Shown here piece after piece: positions 48,455 to 62,620 of a stretch of DNA of 64,000 nt. Every line of letters starts with the position of its first letter. The stretch's first letter is position 1. The notes below the pieces were generated by a model. The model had not been told where the DNA came from. It saw only the letters and a program-made list of their open reading frames with translations, and searched no databases. This DNA is from Raillietiella orientalis. Its lineage: Eukaryota. The position numbers and the translations under genes were made by a program. The stretch lies in NCBI GenBank assembly GCA_036172245.1, contig JAYWIR010000020.1, forward strand, positions 248,001-312,000, written 5' to 3'.

Positions 48455-51182
48455 TCACTTCTGTGACTTCATGCCACTGGCATCATCCATGAGATGCAAC
48501 ATTTCCATCTGATATTCCAAAATGTCATATGCCATTTTAGTAATTCTCCACGCACCTCATCTGATTCCTGAATGGGAACAATCCCAATATCTCGTACTGC
48601 TCGAAAGAGCCCACAGTTATTCAAGTGCTCATTTTCCAATCGAAGAAAATTCCACACAAAACGCCTACGAAGATTTGCTTCCTACATAATTATATGTGCA
48701 TATTGACCTGAAGATTTCTACTGGAATGACAATAATGGTAATGATATCTCCCTGCTCCAAAAAAGTGTCTGTCAAGGATATAGACAAAACCCATCCAAGT
48801 CGGAAAATGAAATTCTCAATCAGAGCAAAGTAATAAAATGTCTAGACAAAATGTAAACAAAAATAATGAATCAATAGCTCACCTTAGGATATACAAGTTG
48901 ATCTCGTAATAAGAAATGTGTACGAGAGAATAAATGTTCTTTTGTTATAAGACCCCAATCAAATACAATATCCCAAGTAAATCCACACAAAGTGCTGAAA
49001 GCACTTGCAGAAACCCACAATATAAAGTAGACGTTGCTGTAATGAAGAATACCTGATCAATCAATCAAAAAAAAAAAAATTACCACAACTTATACCTACC
49101 TTGATAAAGTTTAGCATATGAACTCAAGGTTGAAAAAACCACCACAATAAAAACTGTAAAATATTTAGCAGCATTGAACAACTGAATTCGCATCCTCAGA
49201 TCACACCACCGTCTCAAACATTGGGCAAAACGCATCCATGCTGGGACACAAATCAAAATAGGTCGGATTATAGGCAAGAAGGAACTTTGTTCCATGCAGT
49301 GGATGCGCTCTAGAAAGCGTATAATACTCTAACAAGGACAGCTCACCAGCAGCTGTATGCCACGATCCAGAACAGATATAAAATTCCATCTCATAAGCCA
49401 AATCAACAAATATGTTGGCCATACTATTGAGCTGATCAGCAAGCCAGAAATCAGCAAATTCAACATGAAACAATGGAGCCAAAAAGCAGCGCCCCTAGGG
49501 AAAACAACCTGGACAAAAAGTAAGCAATGCAATAATCTTACTAGTATTTTCAACAGCCAAAACCGAGCTCCACTGTATCCACAGTGGAAAGGATTTAATA
49601 AAAATATTGTAAAACCACAGAGGAGGATCAAAGGGTAGGAATAACGAGGAATAAGAGGAATGTATGGACTGCACAGAAAACAAATAAAAGTCATGGCCCA
49701 GAACATACCCAACAAACATGACAATTCCATCAGATGCTGATCAGATAAATGATCTCTAGGATTGAGCTCAAAAATTAAAATGTGATTCACACCTAAAATA
49801 CTTTAAATTCAAGCATACTTTTGCCTTTGTGAAGACTCACCAGCAGCCCGCCAACCATATACATTTAATCCCATTAGAAAAATGAAAATCAATATCAATG
49901 ATGGTGCACGGAAGAGTTTTACGGCCACTCGCCAATTGTCTATGTTCACAGGAGTAAAAACACCTTCCATAGCTATGAGCAAATTGAATAAATTGTCATC
50001 TCTTACCTATAACAAAAATTGCTACCAATAAGGACACGAAAATGCCAGAAAACAAGCCAACTTTAAAAGTTATCCAAGGATTTTGTTTGTCCCCAAGAGG
50101 AGGGATGCGGAGCCTCTTCATGGCTTTCTGCCTATCACCATTTTCCAAATGATATGTTACTAATTCTTCTGTTTTTTCTATGTATTCAGACACATCTTTG
50201 TTAGTATGAAACGGTGAAAGATCAACTTGTTTGTGTAACCATAGTAATCCTTTGGTGCTCATCATCAGCTTTATAATAATAAATAGATAAATAGATAACA
50301 GTAAGGATATATCCAAATAAGGATGTTTTATCTAATTATTGTAAAAGTAAATGCCTTACAGTGAATAGGTAAAAGTTATGAAAATCTTGATCACACCTTA
50401 TCATATTTCTTTAATATTTTTTTGAAGCCAATATAGTTCAAATTTTGATAGTTCTGCAGAAGAACAAGACTCAAATAGAACTCGCTGAATGCAAGTCTGA
50501 GAGAATCTTCACTTGAAACTCCAAATAACAATTTTCGGGTTTTTGAGACTGCTACTTCAGCTTGAGAAAAATTCAACAGAGTGCTTTTCAGTATTGAATA
50601 CTTCCTTGCAGCTTCCGCAATTTTTTCTTTTCAAAGTTATCAAGTTTACAATAGATTCTTAATGATTTTAACCGATACCTGAGAAAAAAATATTAATCTT
50701 TGTCAACTCCACTTCACAAAGTTGGAAGAAGTTTTCGTTAAACTGTGACTGAAAACGTCTAATGATTTCTTCATCGACCATTTCCTTTGAAGGTGCTACT
50801 TCCAAACCACCGTATAACATGGATTTCATACGCTGGTTGAAATGATTTATAAAATAATACAGAAAATTCATGAATTCATACGCTATCATGTACTCAATTT
50901 GCAACAGATCCCTCCGGCACTTTCCAACCGAACGTTTTACATGATCGTATTTAAATTAAATTTCATTATTAAAGAGCTTGATGCTTTTATCAAAATCTCG
51001 GATTGCAATCAGAACAAACTTCAATTTAAGCATTTTTTTTTTAACAAAGTTTGGAATATATTGTACCATAATAAGCAGATAAACATGAAAACACATTTGA
51101 CGATATGATGTACCTCGTAATGAATATACTGGGTATTCCACTCAGGAGTAATATAAGCAGACAGTTGTTGAGCAAATTTCAT
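48455..51182 (-). CDS. XPR1: SPX-EXS domain phosphate exporter, multi-exon (3' end approximate)
   Basis: Exon 1 [23 protein letters not shown] (51182-51114); [124 protein letters not shown]. All match XPR1. Confidence 0.97.
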
Positions 51183-52929
51183 AATTACGCCAAATTAAGT
51201 TCGTAGTCAATCTGACATATAAGTCCTTTTAATGATTTTTCCAAATTAATTTGAGAAAAAAACAGTTGACTTTGCCACGTAAAGAAGCACATTGGGAGTC
51301 CCAAGATAAACCAGTTCTCTCTAAGCGAGCCTCCTAATGTTGAAGACTTTAAACAGAGGAACCAATTTCAGCTTAACAGTACTTTTGAATTTTTAGCTAA
51401 ATAATTCTATATCATAAAGAAACCAACCTAACAAATATCACAGAAGATTTAAGACCACTATTAATTTGAGGCTTCAAATAGTTTACTGATTTAAATGAAT
51501 TGTTCATCATAATAGCACAATTTTATCACAAATACGATTTTTCATAAATGTTTTCTCCCAAAGTGAAAGATAACTAGAGTTACTTTTAGCGAGCAAACAG
51601 CAAAGCCTTATATTAAATAGAAGTAAAGAATTCATCCAAAATTATTCTTAAGATCATATCTGCACTCTTGTTCCTCTAGTGAGGGAAAGTCATTTTTAGG
51701 AATTATTATGAAATACAAAGATATGATGATGCACATCAAAAATAGGCGTTTTACTTCCCTTTTACAGAAGAAAAACATAAATCAAGTTCATGTATGTGAT
51801 TATCTTTAAAAAGTGTTAAGAAGAAGATTGCACATTCATATTTACGCAAATGTTTGCATGCAAATTAAGCACAAAATGAATTTGAAAATTATATGGCTCA
51901 ATGAAAAAGTGAAAGAATTCGATTATTCAAGCAATAAGCAAATTAATGATTCCTCGTAATAGTTTTCAACTTTATTCTAATGACGGGTTTCCTAAGCACT
52001 CTTTTTTATCTTCAGTGTTTCATGTTTAACCAGAGCTCCATAATCGAAACATTTTATAAATGGAATTCTTTCATCTTCCTAATTATACGTCTTAAGAGAA
52101 TTCAAAGACACTTGATGGGAATAATCTTAATGGAAAATAAAAAAATGCACTATTCTTTTCTAAGATTGCTGCCACTACAATATTATAGTTTTCTGTGACC
52201 TAATCTAAGAAAGCCAAACGACAACGACAAAAATATTTCATTATAAGCTTCTATGTGTTTTGCAGTAACGCGTAACCTTAGTTGCATAAAACTTTCGTGA
52301 ATTATCATAAATGTAATGAGTGCTGCAAAATTTTTCACTGAATTTCTTAATTTTATTTTAAGAAGCACCTAGTCTAGCACCTGAGTCTAGCAATGCCATA
52401 TAAAATTACTCACTTGTATGCTTTGAGTTTACAAAGTTCATGTCCAATTTTTATGAAAAATTTGTAGTTGAGATATTTTCATTTATGAGAAATTTCACAG
52501 AATTGAAAAGCATCGTTTTATTTACAACACGAAGCTTACTTTTGTTTGCAACACGAAGTGGTGGAATACCTCTACAGCTTCCTGTGAAGTTTTGCCATGC
52601 GAAAACTCGGGGACTGGAATGAGTTCAAGCTCTCTATCTGAGAGTTTTGCCGACAGTTTCCCTGGAACGCTTTCCTGATGGATTCAGCGAGAGGATACGG
52701 AACGAGAGCACTTGTTTACACTTAGTCATTCCCGGGTGTTTCCTGTAAAACCACATTTGCAAGTAAGAAGTCATACTTTCAAAGAATCATTCATTTATTT
52801 GTAGTGGGATCATAACTCCCTCGAAATCCGACCGATTTCAGGAGTTTCTGCTTGCAACCATGCTGCCCAGCAAGGCAAGCATTGGGGAAACTGAGGAGTT
52901 TTAAAGAAAGAAAAAAATAAATGTTTTTC

Positions 52930-53390
52930 AAATTGGAAGATTGGCAATGGAAAGGGTCCCAGTCGATCCCTGGGCATCCTCTGTATGTTCTGAAGGTCAA
53001 TTATATCTTATTCCTTGTGCTTCGTGGCACAGACATATTGTGTTCAGATGCAGACATTGTATTCCTTGAAAAGGAAATAACGATCGGGATGGTGTAATGG
53101 AGTCCTTATTGTTCTGGTCCTTTCGGCGTAGCTTCGGATCGTCACGACTGCGAAAACACAGCTGCAATGGTCATGGCAGAAGGCATTCCGCTGCGCATGA
53201 AGAGAGCCTTCACAAGGGTTCTCTGATTGTCCATCGGAAGTTAGAGGGTCATGGAAAATGTTCCCAAATATTTCGGAGAACATTCTCGACCAATGGTAAG
53301 GCAAGGACTCGACTATGCCACACTTGGCATAGTTGGGAGCACGCTTCCCTCGGTCAAGTAAAGTCGATGAGCACCCCAAGGAACTGCCAC
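52930..53390 (-). mobile_element. Decayed 3' fragment of the same L1/Tx1-like family
   Basis: APNYAKCGIVESLPYH ~ NPNCSRRDEVESFPHL (13.0 kb copy); RTLVKALFM..SAMTIAA ~ RNVSKCLFL..AASLAAL (31.6 kb copy); IQRM near 52980. Confidence 0.55.
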
Positions 53391-53399
53391 GGTGCTGCT

Positions 53400-53670
53400 T
53401 CATGTATGACGGACTTTCACTTGCTGCCCTTATCGCCCACTCCTGTATTGCGTCAGGATGGTCGTATTTTCCTAGTATACGCAGGAAGTGTGCCAGCAGG
53501 GACGGAAGCCATGAGTATCTCGCCTCCTTAGTACAAAGAATGTGGCAAAATGGTCTCATCTGAAGAAGCTATGGTGGACGCTGCTGGCACTTTCCAGAGA
53601 CTGCAGAAGTCTCAGAGGGTTCAACCAGAGATCTCCATCCTACTTTTTTATTTATTGTCTCCTTCCTAAG
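53400..53670 (+). mobile_element. Second 3' fragment of the family, opposite orientation, abutting the previous one
   Basis: Nucleotide match to the reverse complement of ~14.5-14.66 kb; AAGTFQRLQKSQRV ~ AADVSQRLEKARKV; T-rich tail at ~53645-53660. Confidence 0.65.
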
Positions 53671-55257
53671 TAACAAAAGCAGCAGTGATTTACTCTATGT
53701 AGAACAAAGTCGCTAAAATATAAAAAAAATTTTTTTTGACCTTTTTTATTGAAAACATAATCGTATCTTTGCAGTTCAATACTATGATTGAAAAATATTT
53801 ATAAATGGGCATACAAAGTTCCAAAGGTTTACTATGCTCATGTGTGACCGTAGAGTTCAGTGATTTGTGTAATCTAACCTTGATGAACACCATTCATATA
53901 ACGTTTCCATGAAAGTCATGATGATCCATTAGGACGAGGTGTGTATGGACTTATGACACATCTGAGCTTCGCCTTTTTTTCCTTAAGAGGACTTTCATTC
54001 AATTATGGAGCACTAGAAAAACTTCGTTTCTGCATAGAATTATGAGTAGTTTCTTTGCTTCGTGGGTTTGCCACAACGTGCACTTGACTTTTGTCGCGCA
54101 AACACTTTGTAAATGTTTTCATCTACTGAAGTGGTAATGCTTGGTCTGAAATTGTGTCGGGAACGTTGGAGGGGCACATGAAGATTGAACAAATGGGAAG
54201 ATAACGAAAGGGCAGTGAAATATGACTTCTTTTTTTTTTTACTGAGATTGCGTAATAAAATGAATCAAGATTTTAATTATAGACTGATCAGTGCAAAATT
54301 ATTTTGGGAGCAACGCTCTATCTGAAAGCTTATTTTGAAAACGAGAAGGCGAAGCGGCAAACGTTGAAACAAAAAAATCGAAAGTTCTACCAGCGCAAAA
54401 CTTGAGTTTCTTGTGGCATTTCGGTGTTCTGATAAATCTCGACTGAGGTCCTTGCTGCAAGTGTATCGGATCTTCGTTATTGCTGTCATTTAGTTTAATG
54501 GACGATTTTGTCGACCATATTACAGTTTTATACTATTTTGCAAGATAAGCCCGTTTATTCCCATATCAAATTCCACATAGCGCTGCCTGTTAATTTCAAG
54601 GTTTCCGTGATTAAGGAATGGACCAATTGTTTGCATATTTCAAATTGTCTCTATATTAGAAAAAAACGTTTTTCACTTATTGTGCATTCCAACATTTTAA
54701 AATTTAAAACACATATCTACAAGCAATTTTTCTGCTTTGAGATGCTGTCCTTGCTGCGGTTAGAAACTCTCGGCTGCTTTTATTTTATACAAACTTCACT
54801 CAGTAATTTTGTGATCAGTGACCACAAGAAACCCAAGCTGCTATTTTTATCATTTTGCACAGAAGTGCATTACAGCTCAGTAACAATATCCACTACAGTA
54901 TTTCAGTATTTATTATGTATATGTTATTTTCTGTTGATTTTTGCATTTAGAGAACACATTCCAAAATATTGAGAAGCCATAAATGCATAATACAAGTGAT
55001 TAGAAGCACACAAAACTGGAATTGGCAGTATGCATACTGCAGTACAAATACAAGAGACCCAGAAAGTTTTAGCTCATATGACTACAGCAATGTGTTTTCT
55101 GATAAAGGTTGAATCTTGGAGTCAAGTAGTATACTGAAAAAATTTTATCTACATAAGCAACTGACCATTAAATTGAATTTTTTCTCTTTGAAGTTGTGCA
55201 CAGCCACGATGTGAACCTTGCTTCAAACATAGTATCACAATGCAACACATACTTCCA

Positions 55258-56366
55258 TTATGAAAACGTGTTTTCACTGATGTCAGGTAAATTTTCAGGC
55301 AGATCCTCAATTTCACTAATAATACTTTGCATTGCCTTGAACTCAAATGATCTGAGAATTTTACATCCTCTGCAAGCATTAATTAGGGTCACACTTGAGA
55401 GCTGCACCTACCTTTGTAACTCTGAAACTTCATTTACTGAACCTTCTATGAGACTCTGTAAATTCTGGGTTATGTCCTTCAACTCAGGTAAGCTACAGGG
55501 CAACATCTTGAGTACTTCCTTTGCAAGGTTATCAATGTTTTGAACATTCTGAACCAACTGATCTAGACTGAAATGGTAAAGTATTCCAGGAATAAAGCAC
55601 AACCTTCAGATTCTGTTAGTTGAATCTCTCCCATATTGTAAGCATATGAGTGTGCTTCAAAGAAGTCATTCAACTTGTCACCTGCTTCAATGACCAAATC
55701 AAGTTCAGCTGCTAATGGTTGCAGCCTTGTCTCCATATTATCAGCAAGGATAGTGAATTCTTCAAATTGATTAAGATGTTCACACAAAGATTCACAACAT
55801 TGTAATTTGGCTTCTTCTGCTTTCATGATTTCCTGAAGTTCTGACAGCTGCTCCTGAAAATCCATAAATGCACAAGTTAAAAATCACAGTTTTGAAAACA
55901 ACACACTGTAATATGCTTTTCTTCCATTAGGTATTGATTTGTTAAAGTTGACAACGCACAAATCTGTTGTAAACACTCAGCAAATTTGATGTCAAATTCT
56001 TTAAGTAGTTGCTGTAAGAGTTCATCAGATAAAACAAAATTGGGGGAAGTTGTTTTCCAAAATTCGCAAAGACTGCAAAAGTCTCTCAACACATTCCCAT
56101 TTTTATTACAAAATGTTTTCTTGGAATTTCCACTTCTTGAATGCACTGCAGATATATTCATGCTCAAACTGGGAATGTTGTTTCTATCCACACATGGAGT
56201 GCTAGCACAGAAATTTCTGAACAAAATAAGTCTACAGATCATTATTTTAATTTACTCATGCATCAACGTGGTGGATTCCATATTTGACGAACTTGAGCAT
56301 TCTTTCTGATGCACAGTAGTGCATTTCTGTTTTCTGCCCACTTTGCATTCCTGCTTACTGCTGAAT
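55258..56366 (-). CDS. Unknown multi-exon helical/coiled-coil protein (last 5 exons; 5' exons probably further upstream, to ~57.15 kb)
   Basis: Four short GT-AG introns join in phase: FSSKQECK...LMHE|NFCAST...EEKHIT|EQLSELQEIMKAEEAKLQ...TESE|DQLVQNVQNIDNLAKEVL...ELQR|GCKILRSF...ENTFS*. Heptad-like L/E/Q-rich segments. Confidence 0.75.
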
Positions 56367-58699
56367 CTGAAATTAAATTACAAAGACTTTTGATAAACTT
56401 CATGAATGTTTTCAATAATGAAATAATAATATACACCATTTGAAACCAGTGAGCCAGCAGCAAAGAAATCGAACATGGGCAAAATAAAATAATATGACTG
56501 AAATTCGTATATACATATAAAGTAATAATTCATACATTACATATAAAGCAAGGGTTCTCCCTTACTTTATATGTATTGCAATTGAATGTGAGGCTATTAT
56601 ATACTCTATCCATTATGTGTGATATGAATTTCCAGCAGAGAAAAATATTTCTTATTCATTTATGGAAAATATTTCTTATTCAAGCAGAAGAGCATATATT
56701 TATCAACATTACAAGGTTTTTATCATCTCCTGCATACAACGTACACAGTGGAATACATCACATATTAAAATGTTTGGTTTTTCTACATCCATCACGACAG
56801 TAACTGCACAGATACCGTCCTTTGCACACTAGGAGATCACACAATTTGAATAAAACTTACGTATCTTTTTCCATGCTACATCAAGTCACATGCTATAAAG
56901 ATGACAGTCCATAAAAAAGAATACGAAATGCACTTATTGTCTGAATCATAACAAATTCCTTTCTTCCTAATTTGCATCCAAATTCGAGAAAAGCAGCATA
57001 CAATTTCTAATAGCTTACGAGCTCACCACAAGATATTTCTACGTGCCACTGCTCTCAAATTACGCGCTTTAAATCTTGGAGGCAAAACATGCAGTCTCTT
57101 CGACATCACTTTAAACCTTCTTTTGTCAATATTTTGTAGTTCATCTCACGTTAGTATCGTGCAGTTTAAAATTTCTAGGTTGTTCAGGATCAAACTTTCA
57201 ATAAAATACTGCTTGCTTTATGAGTGATTTACGTACTTAAAACCTTTAGAAGGAAAATATATATATATATTCACTGAGTATTTAAGATACTTTCTTTTGC
57301 TATTAATATAATCATTATTAAAAAATATATATGTCTTATGATCAAAAGCAGACAGTTGCTGATCTGGTTTTCAATTCATTTCCTGCTCTTATTTTATTAT
57401 GTCTAGATGGCAAAGATATTGTTCCCTTTCGCGGTCCATAAGACCATTCCTTGTCTGATGAAAAGTATTACAACACTTATTCTAATCGACTAAAGTCAGC
57501 TTATTCAACAGCCATAAATTCTAGTTTCGAAATGTATTTGTTTCAAACCTTCAGTTCACTTACAGTGCATTATTCGTGTAATATATTTATAGCTTTCTGC
57601 AACGGTACTTTCTTAAGGAAGGTGCCATACAGAAGCCTATTTCAAACTGCACTTCTTCAACGGTTCACCCAAATATAAGGATAAATTCATATCCAAATTT
57701 CGGAATCCTTCACGTTGCACTTTTTGTGATAACAGAATTCATAGCAAAGTTCGGTCCTCAAGCAAAGTTTTCAACTGAAAAACAAAAAACCATGAATGGT
57801 AAATAAAAGATTACAATGTGGATTATTTAATCATCATACTGCTAGTTTCTATTCATAATATTATGAAGTCACTGAGTATTTAATATACAGTTCATTTAAT
57901 ATACTGGTTTCACATCATTTCTGTTACAGAATAGTATTGCTATTTAGAAGTTATGTTTCATAAATGGTTCAAGACTGAAGGATGAAGCTTCTTTTCTTGG
58001 CGGGAAAATGGAATGAAAGTACTTTATTTCTCTTTACTTGAGCAGTGCCATTTAAATAAACGCATTTTCACTTCCCTGTCAAGTGGAATCGATAGTCTTC
58101 ATCTTACTTAAGCCGAAAGAACAACAGGTAGTCCTATGTTGCAAAATGGGCTTTTTGAATGGATTCTTAAAACATGCTTCAAGCAAAGAGGTTTTGACCT
58201 TTGCTGTGTGCTTTAGGGCAAATATGAATTTCTTCTTTAGTAATGGAATATACTCTCATGGCAACAGTGCTTCTTTGTTTGCTATTTGATTTGATTATTT
58301 TTTCTGTAGATGAGTAGATGAGTAGTTCTTTTTGATGATTTTTTTGATGAGTAGTTCATCAGAAGTGTGTTAAAGATGAAAGACAAAGATTAGTGAATCA
58401 TGAGTTCAGTGAAAAGCCACTGTCAAGGTTCATCATCAGGCATGCTGAGTAAGTTTTGATCTTCTGCCACCTTCCCAGTCAGTCATCGAACTTGCAGCCA
58501 GGAGTGGCACCTGACCTATGTGCCTTGCATCGGATCGTGTTTCGATTCGTCAAATGGCTGGACTTTTTCGCACTTTTTTTTTGGTGGGTGATTTGTGAAA
58601 AATGTATTTTTTAATGTCTTTATATTGTTAATTTAATTGTTAAAGAATGGTTAATTTTAATAAGGGTAATGGGTAGAAGTTCTTGATTTGGGCACTTCG

Positions 58700-59560
58700 T
58701 AATGCACCGAGAGTAGCCAGTAGGACTTTGCAGTGGTAATCTCGAGTACTATGCTATGCTGTCTCCTTGTGCTTCAAGTGTGCCTCGAGTCCATGAAGTC
58801 GAGTAGGACGGTTTTCGATTTCTCATTGGTTGTCGCCATTCTATTAGCAGTGGTTACGAGAATTCGGTCTTGTATTCTCGGTGTGTACCAGGAATAGTAA
58901 TTGTAGCCGATTGATGCAAACAGCATTTCTAGTGTTGCCCCGGGAACGCTGTGGAACACCGCACTGGATACATCCTTGATAAATCTCACTCTTATATCCC
59001 TAGGAACAGTAGGCAAGTCATATCTTTTGTGCAATTCCAATGATTCCTTTTTTGTAGAGCTTCGGTGCGCACTGTAGTGATTTGAATTACCATCCTCGTA
59101 GTCGTTTCCCAACCTTTTAGAGTTTCCTTGTTTCCTCGGAGTTGCAAGTTTTATTCAGGCGTCGATGTTTGGCAGACCTCTATACTGGTCAAGTTCCAGG
59201 GCTCCCAGTTCTGGAGCTTGTTTGTGGATACTTGCATTAGATTGTTTGTCAGTAGTTTTGAAGTTTTGTTAACTGAAAATTTCCTTCTATCAGAGTTTCC
59301 TCACATTTTTCTGGAAGGATCTACATCCTCAAGAGTTAGGGGATGTGGGCTTCGCTCCAGCGGTATCTCCGTGTTTTCACCGTGTTCGTCCACAATAGTC
59401 GCAAACTGAGAACATCTTTTTATATGGGAGATGGAGTGACCCTTTGGCATGCATCTCTCGGCCACTATGTCAGTTTTATTTCTCTAGACGGTTCCTTTAC
59501 TGGTAGGGTGAGAAGTGTGCGGAAAATGCACACCAAGAGCCCCCGTAATGAGAATGTCGC
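58700..59560 (-). mobile_element. Possible old non-LTR retrotransposon RT remnant
   Basis: Ordered weak motifs: MPKGHSISH (~VPQGSxISP), TLEDV (~YADDV), QYRGL (~KYLG), RIQDRIL (~QNKILR). Locally less AT-rich than its flanks. Confidence 0.3.
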
Positions 59561-62118
59561 TTTCTGAAAGAAAAAAACACTTTCATGAATTTAGAGTAAT
59601 TCCCTCTAGGGCAAGGAAACTTCAATTGGTGATACACGACCAAGTCACGCTCAGTATCCATGGTGTTCTACTTTTCACTGTTTCTCCCCCTTACATTTGA
59701 CAAGTTTCTCGATTCTGCTGGATGTCTCAGTTACATCTTTGATTCTTCAAGCACAGTGTTGAATGTTATCTAAACCCGAAAAACAGTGAAACAATTATGA
59801 GCAGTTTCGTCACTAACATTTCGTTTCTTGGAATACCATGTACCCTTGGCACGCTCAACACTGAGTAATCTCATCCTGAGTTTTCTTCGGAATCCTTGTA
59901 TCTGTAAAGATCTCTGTTGGCTCGAAATTTTGTTCTGTCATGGAGGCGACTAATTCTATTAATCTATTATATTTTACATGCTTTCAGTGATCGATCTTAT
60001 CATTCTATTAACAACATAATCTGAAAAAAAGCACTTTATTATTACTTACTAATTCTTCGTACCTTTTGCACTTGAGCTTGCCTCCAAGGGAAAATGAATT
60101 TACTACATACTTATGGAACTGAGAGCCCTGTTTTTCACTCCACAACGAGACAGACAGCTTTTGCTATGCGAGATTAGCCTCGACAAAATTTGAGGGTTCC
60201 GGTTACACAGAGTAACCCGATAGGAAGATTATTGAACGAATGCTTGCTTCTAATATATGAAAAGTAGCAGAAAACTGCAGCATTCTTATACTATAATTTT
60301 TTTGTTTTATGTGAAGTAACCTTATAGGGAGGTATGTATGTTGAATATGTCACTTCTCTATTTTATTTACACAGCAAAGGATATGTTCCGATGCGGCATT
60401 CACAGTTGTAATTTATGAGCAAGAATTTTCTATTTGCACTTAATATTAGACCGAATCATGGAATTTCTTAAATTAATTCAGGTTAGTGCATTAAGGATTT
60501 GAATTATCTCGATGCTTGCACACGCTGAGGATTATTCAGTTTGATTCTATCATAAATGTTGGGTAACCATGAATTTCGTATATCAGTTTGTTCCTTTGTC
60601 GTCTAGGTATCCGGATAAGCACGGATGTTAAAAGCTTGTCTTGATTCTTAAAAGCAAGAACAACGCTCAAAAATACATAAAAGAGCTCTCGTTTCAAATG
60701 TTTTATTTAACAGATCCAAAAATAAAGAAAAGCAAAAAGAAGGGATATTTCAGTTTTAAAAGTATACACTTTGCATAAGAACATTGGGATGTTAGACAAA
60801 ATCTGTATCTTATCTTCCATTCAAACAATTAAGATTTCTGTATATTTTTCAATAGAATATTCATGTTAGAAATTAAGGAATATATATTGTGTCTTTGGTG
60901 ATCCATTTTTAAGAAGCATTTGTTATATATATACATAATTACATAACAAATGGAGAAATATTAGTATTAGAAAGCATGTATATGCAGTAATGTTTTCCGA
61001 AAATCACTTTTTGATTATCCTAAATTTAGTAATTTTTATATATCAATACTGAGCTGATTTACTTTTTGTTTTCACGTGTATTTAGATATTTCAATGAATT
61101 CATGGGCCCTACAAGCACTTCTATGATTGAATCCGTCTTTTTTAAAAAATGCTCGTAATTAAACAAGTGCACTTTATCAAGCAATTGGTCAGAATGCAAA
61201 TAAGCTCAACATGACCAAGACATTGATGATGCAAGGCCATAAAATCAGTTTGGGCATGTATACTTCTGATTTCAAGAAATTTGTTTCTGGTCTGTTGAAA
61301 AATTTATCTTGAACGGTATAACGATAATGGATACTCTTGAATCAAGTTTGCTGTGAGAAACTAGAATATTCACGATAAGCCACAATATTGAACAAAATAT
61401 GAACAAATAGTTCAATATTCCTTTCTTCAATGTTCAAACGTTTATCTCATTATTACCTCCTGCATAAATTTACAATACACATGATGTTTATCATGAATTT
61501 CTAATTGCTTAGGATTATCGTAAATGAACCACATTTGTCTGAAGAATGCAACTTGATTTGGACAGAAGTTCATAGATAAGTTTATGGAATAAAGGAGATG
61601 CTTAACTTTTATTCTCACGGTAATTTTCATGAGACCTATTATGGACAATGCTTTATACATCCTGATATTGTTGAAATTTAATACATGAGTTGCAGTTTGA
61701 GCTGTAAACATTAATTTTGGCAAAACAAAGCACATGTGACTGTTAATATGTAACAATCTTACCAACAAACTAAGGAATGTTTGCAGAAGGGCGATATCGT
61801 AGCGAATGAGGTTTACCGAGGTGTAATTATTGCTAGTTGAAAACCAAAGAATCTTTTATTCTGAATTGCAAAAGAGATCTTAGAGGGGAAGCAAAAGAAA
61901 ATTGACATCATATTTAGTGTAGTCACTCGTAACATACTCGTTCTGTGGAATAAAATTATTACTTAAGAGTACTTGGTTCTAAAAGCTGATTGAAAACAAT
62001 GCATTTTTTGGAGATTTTCCACAATTAATGATGTATATTTTGGCAATTTTGTCAGCCATTTAAGAATAGCACTAGATCAAAATTTGTTTATCAGTTTCAA
62101 AGTTTCATGCGTCAGTGA

Positions 62119-62377
62119 TTATTCACATTTTTCAAAACCTTTCTGAACTCTTGGTACTTCTTCATCGAGACAACTTGGGTTTAAATTTGCCGTAAGGTTT
62201 TGCCCATGTATTCTGCCGCTCATTCCAGATGATAGTGAGTTCTGTATCGAGTTTTGGGGTATTTTTGACATAATTGATATTGAAGATATATTGTGGTCTT
62301 GTAGTGAAGCGTTATTTGTATTTATACAACTGAAGCAGCAAATCAGTGCATGCACGAACTTACCGAATCGTTAACAT
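62119..62377 (-). CDS. Possible first exons of an unknown gene divergent from ASH2L
   Basis: ATGTTAACGATTCG|gtaagt...cttcag|T TGT ATA AAT splices in phase into the 62119-62355 ORF (MLTIRCINTNNASLQ...). Downstream exons could not be resolved. Confidence 0.3.
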
Positions 62378-62620
62378 CAAATATTAAACATATATGTTAG
62401 ACATCAAACATTAAATTAGACATGACGGATTGGGCCCTGAACACATAATACTTTATTTATGTAACCGGTCGTTACATGAAAGTTGCATTGAATTGACCAT
62501 CCAAATGAAGCAGTGAAAGAAACTGAATTACACGTACTAGGCAATGAAAGGAATACGTGGTATGAAGTTGGTATATAATTATATTTGATTATTGTTCGGG
62601 GTATCTTAATTGAAATCCTA

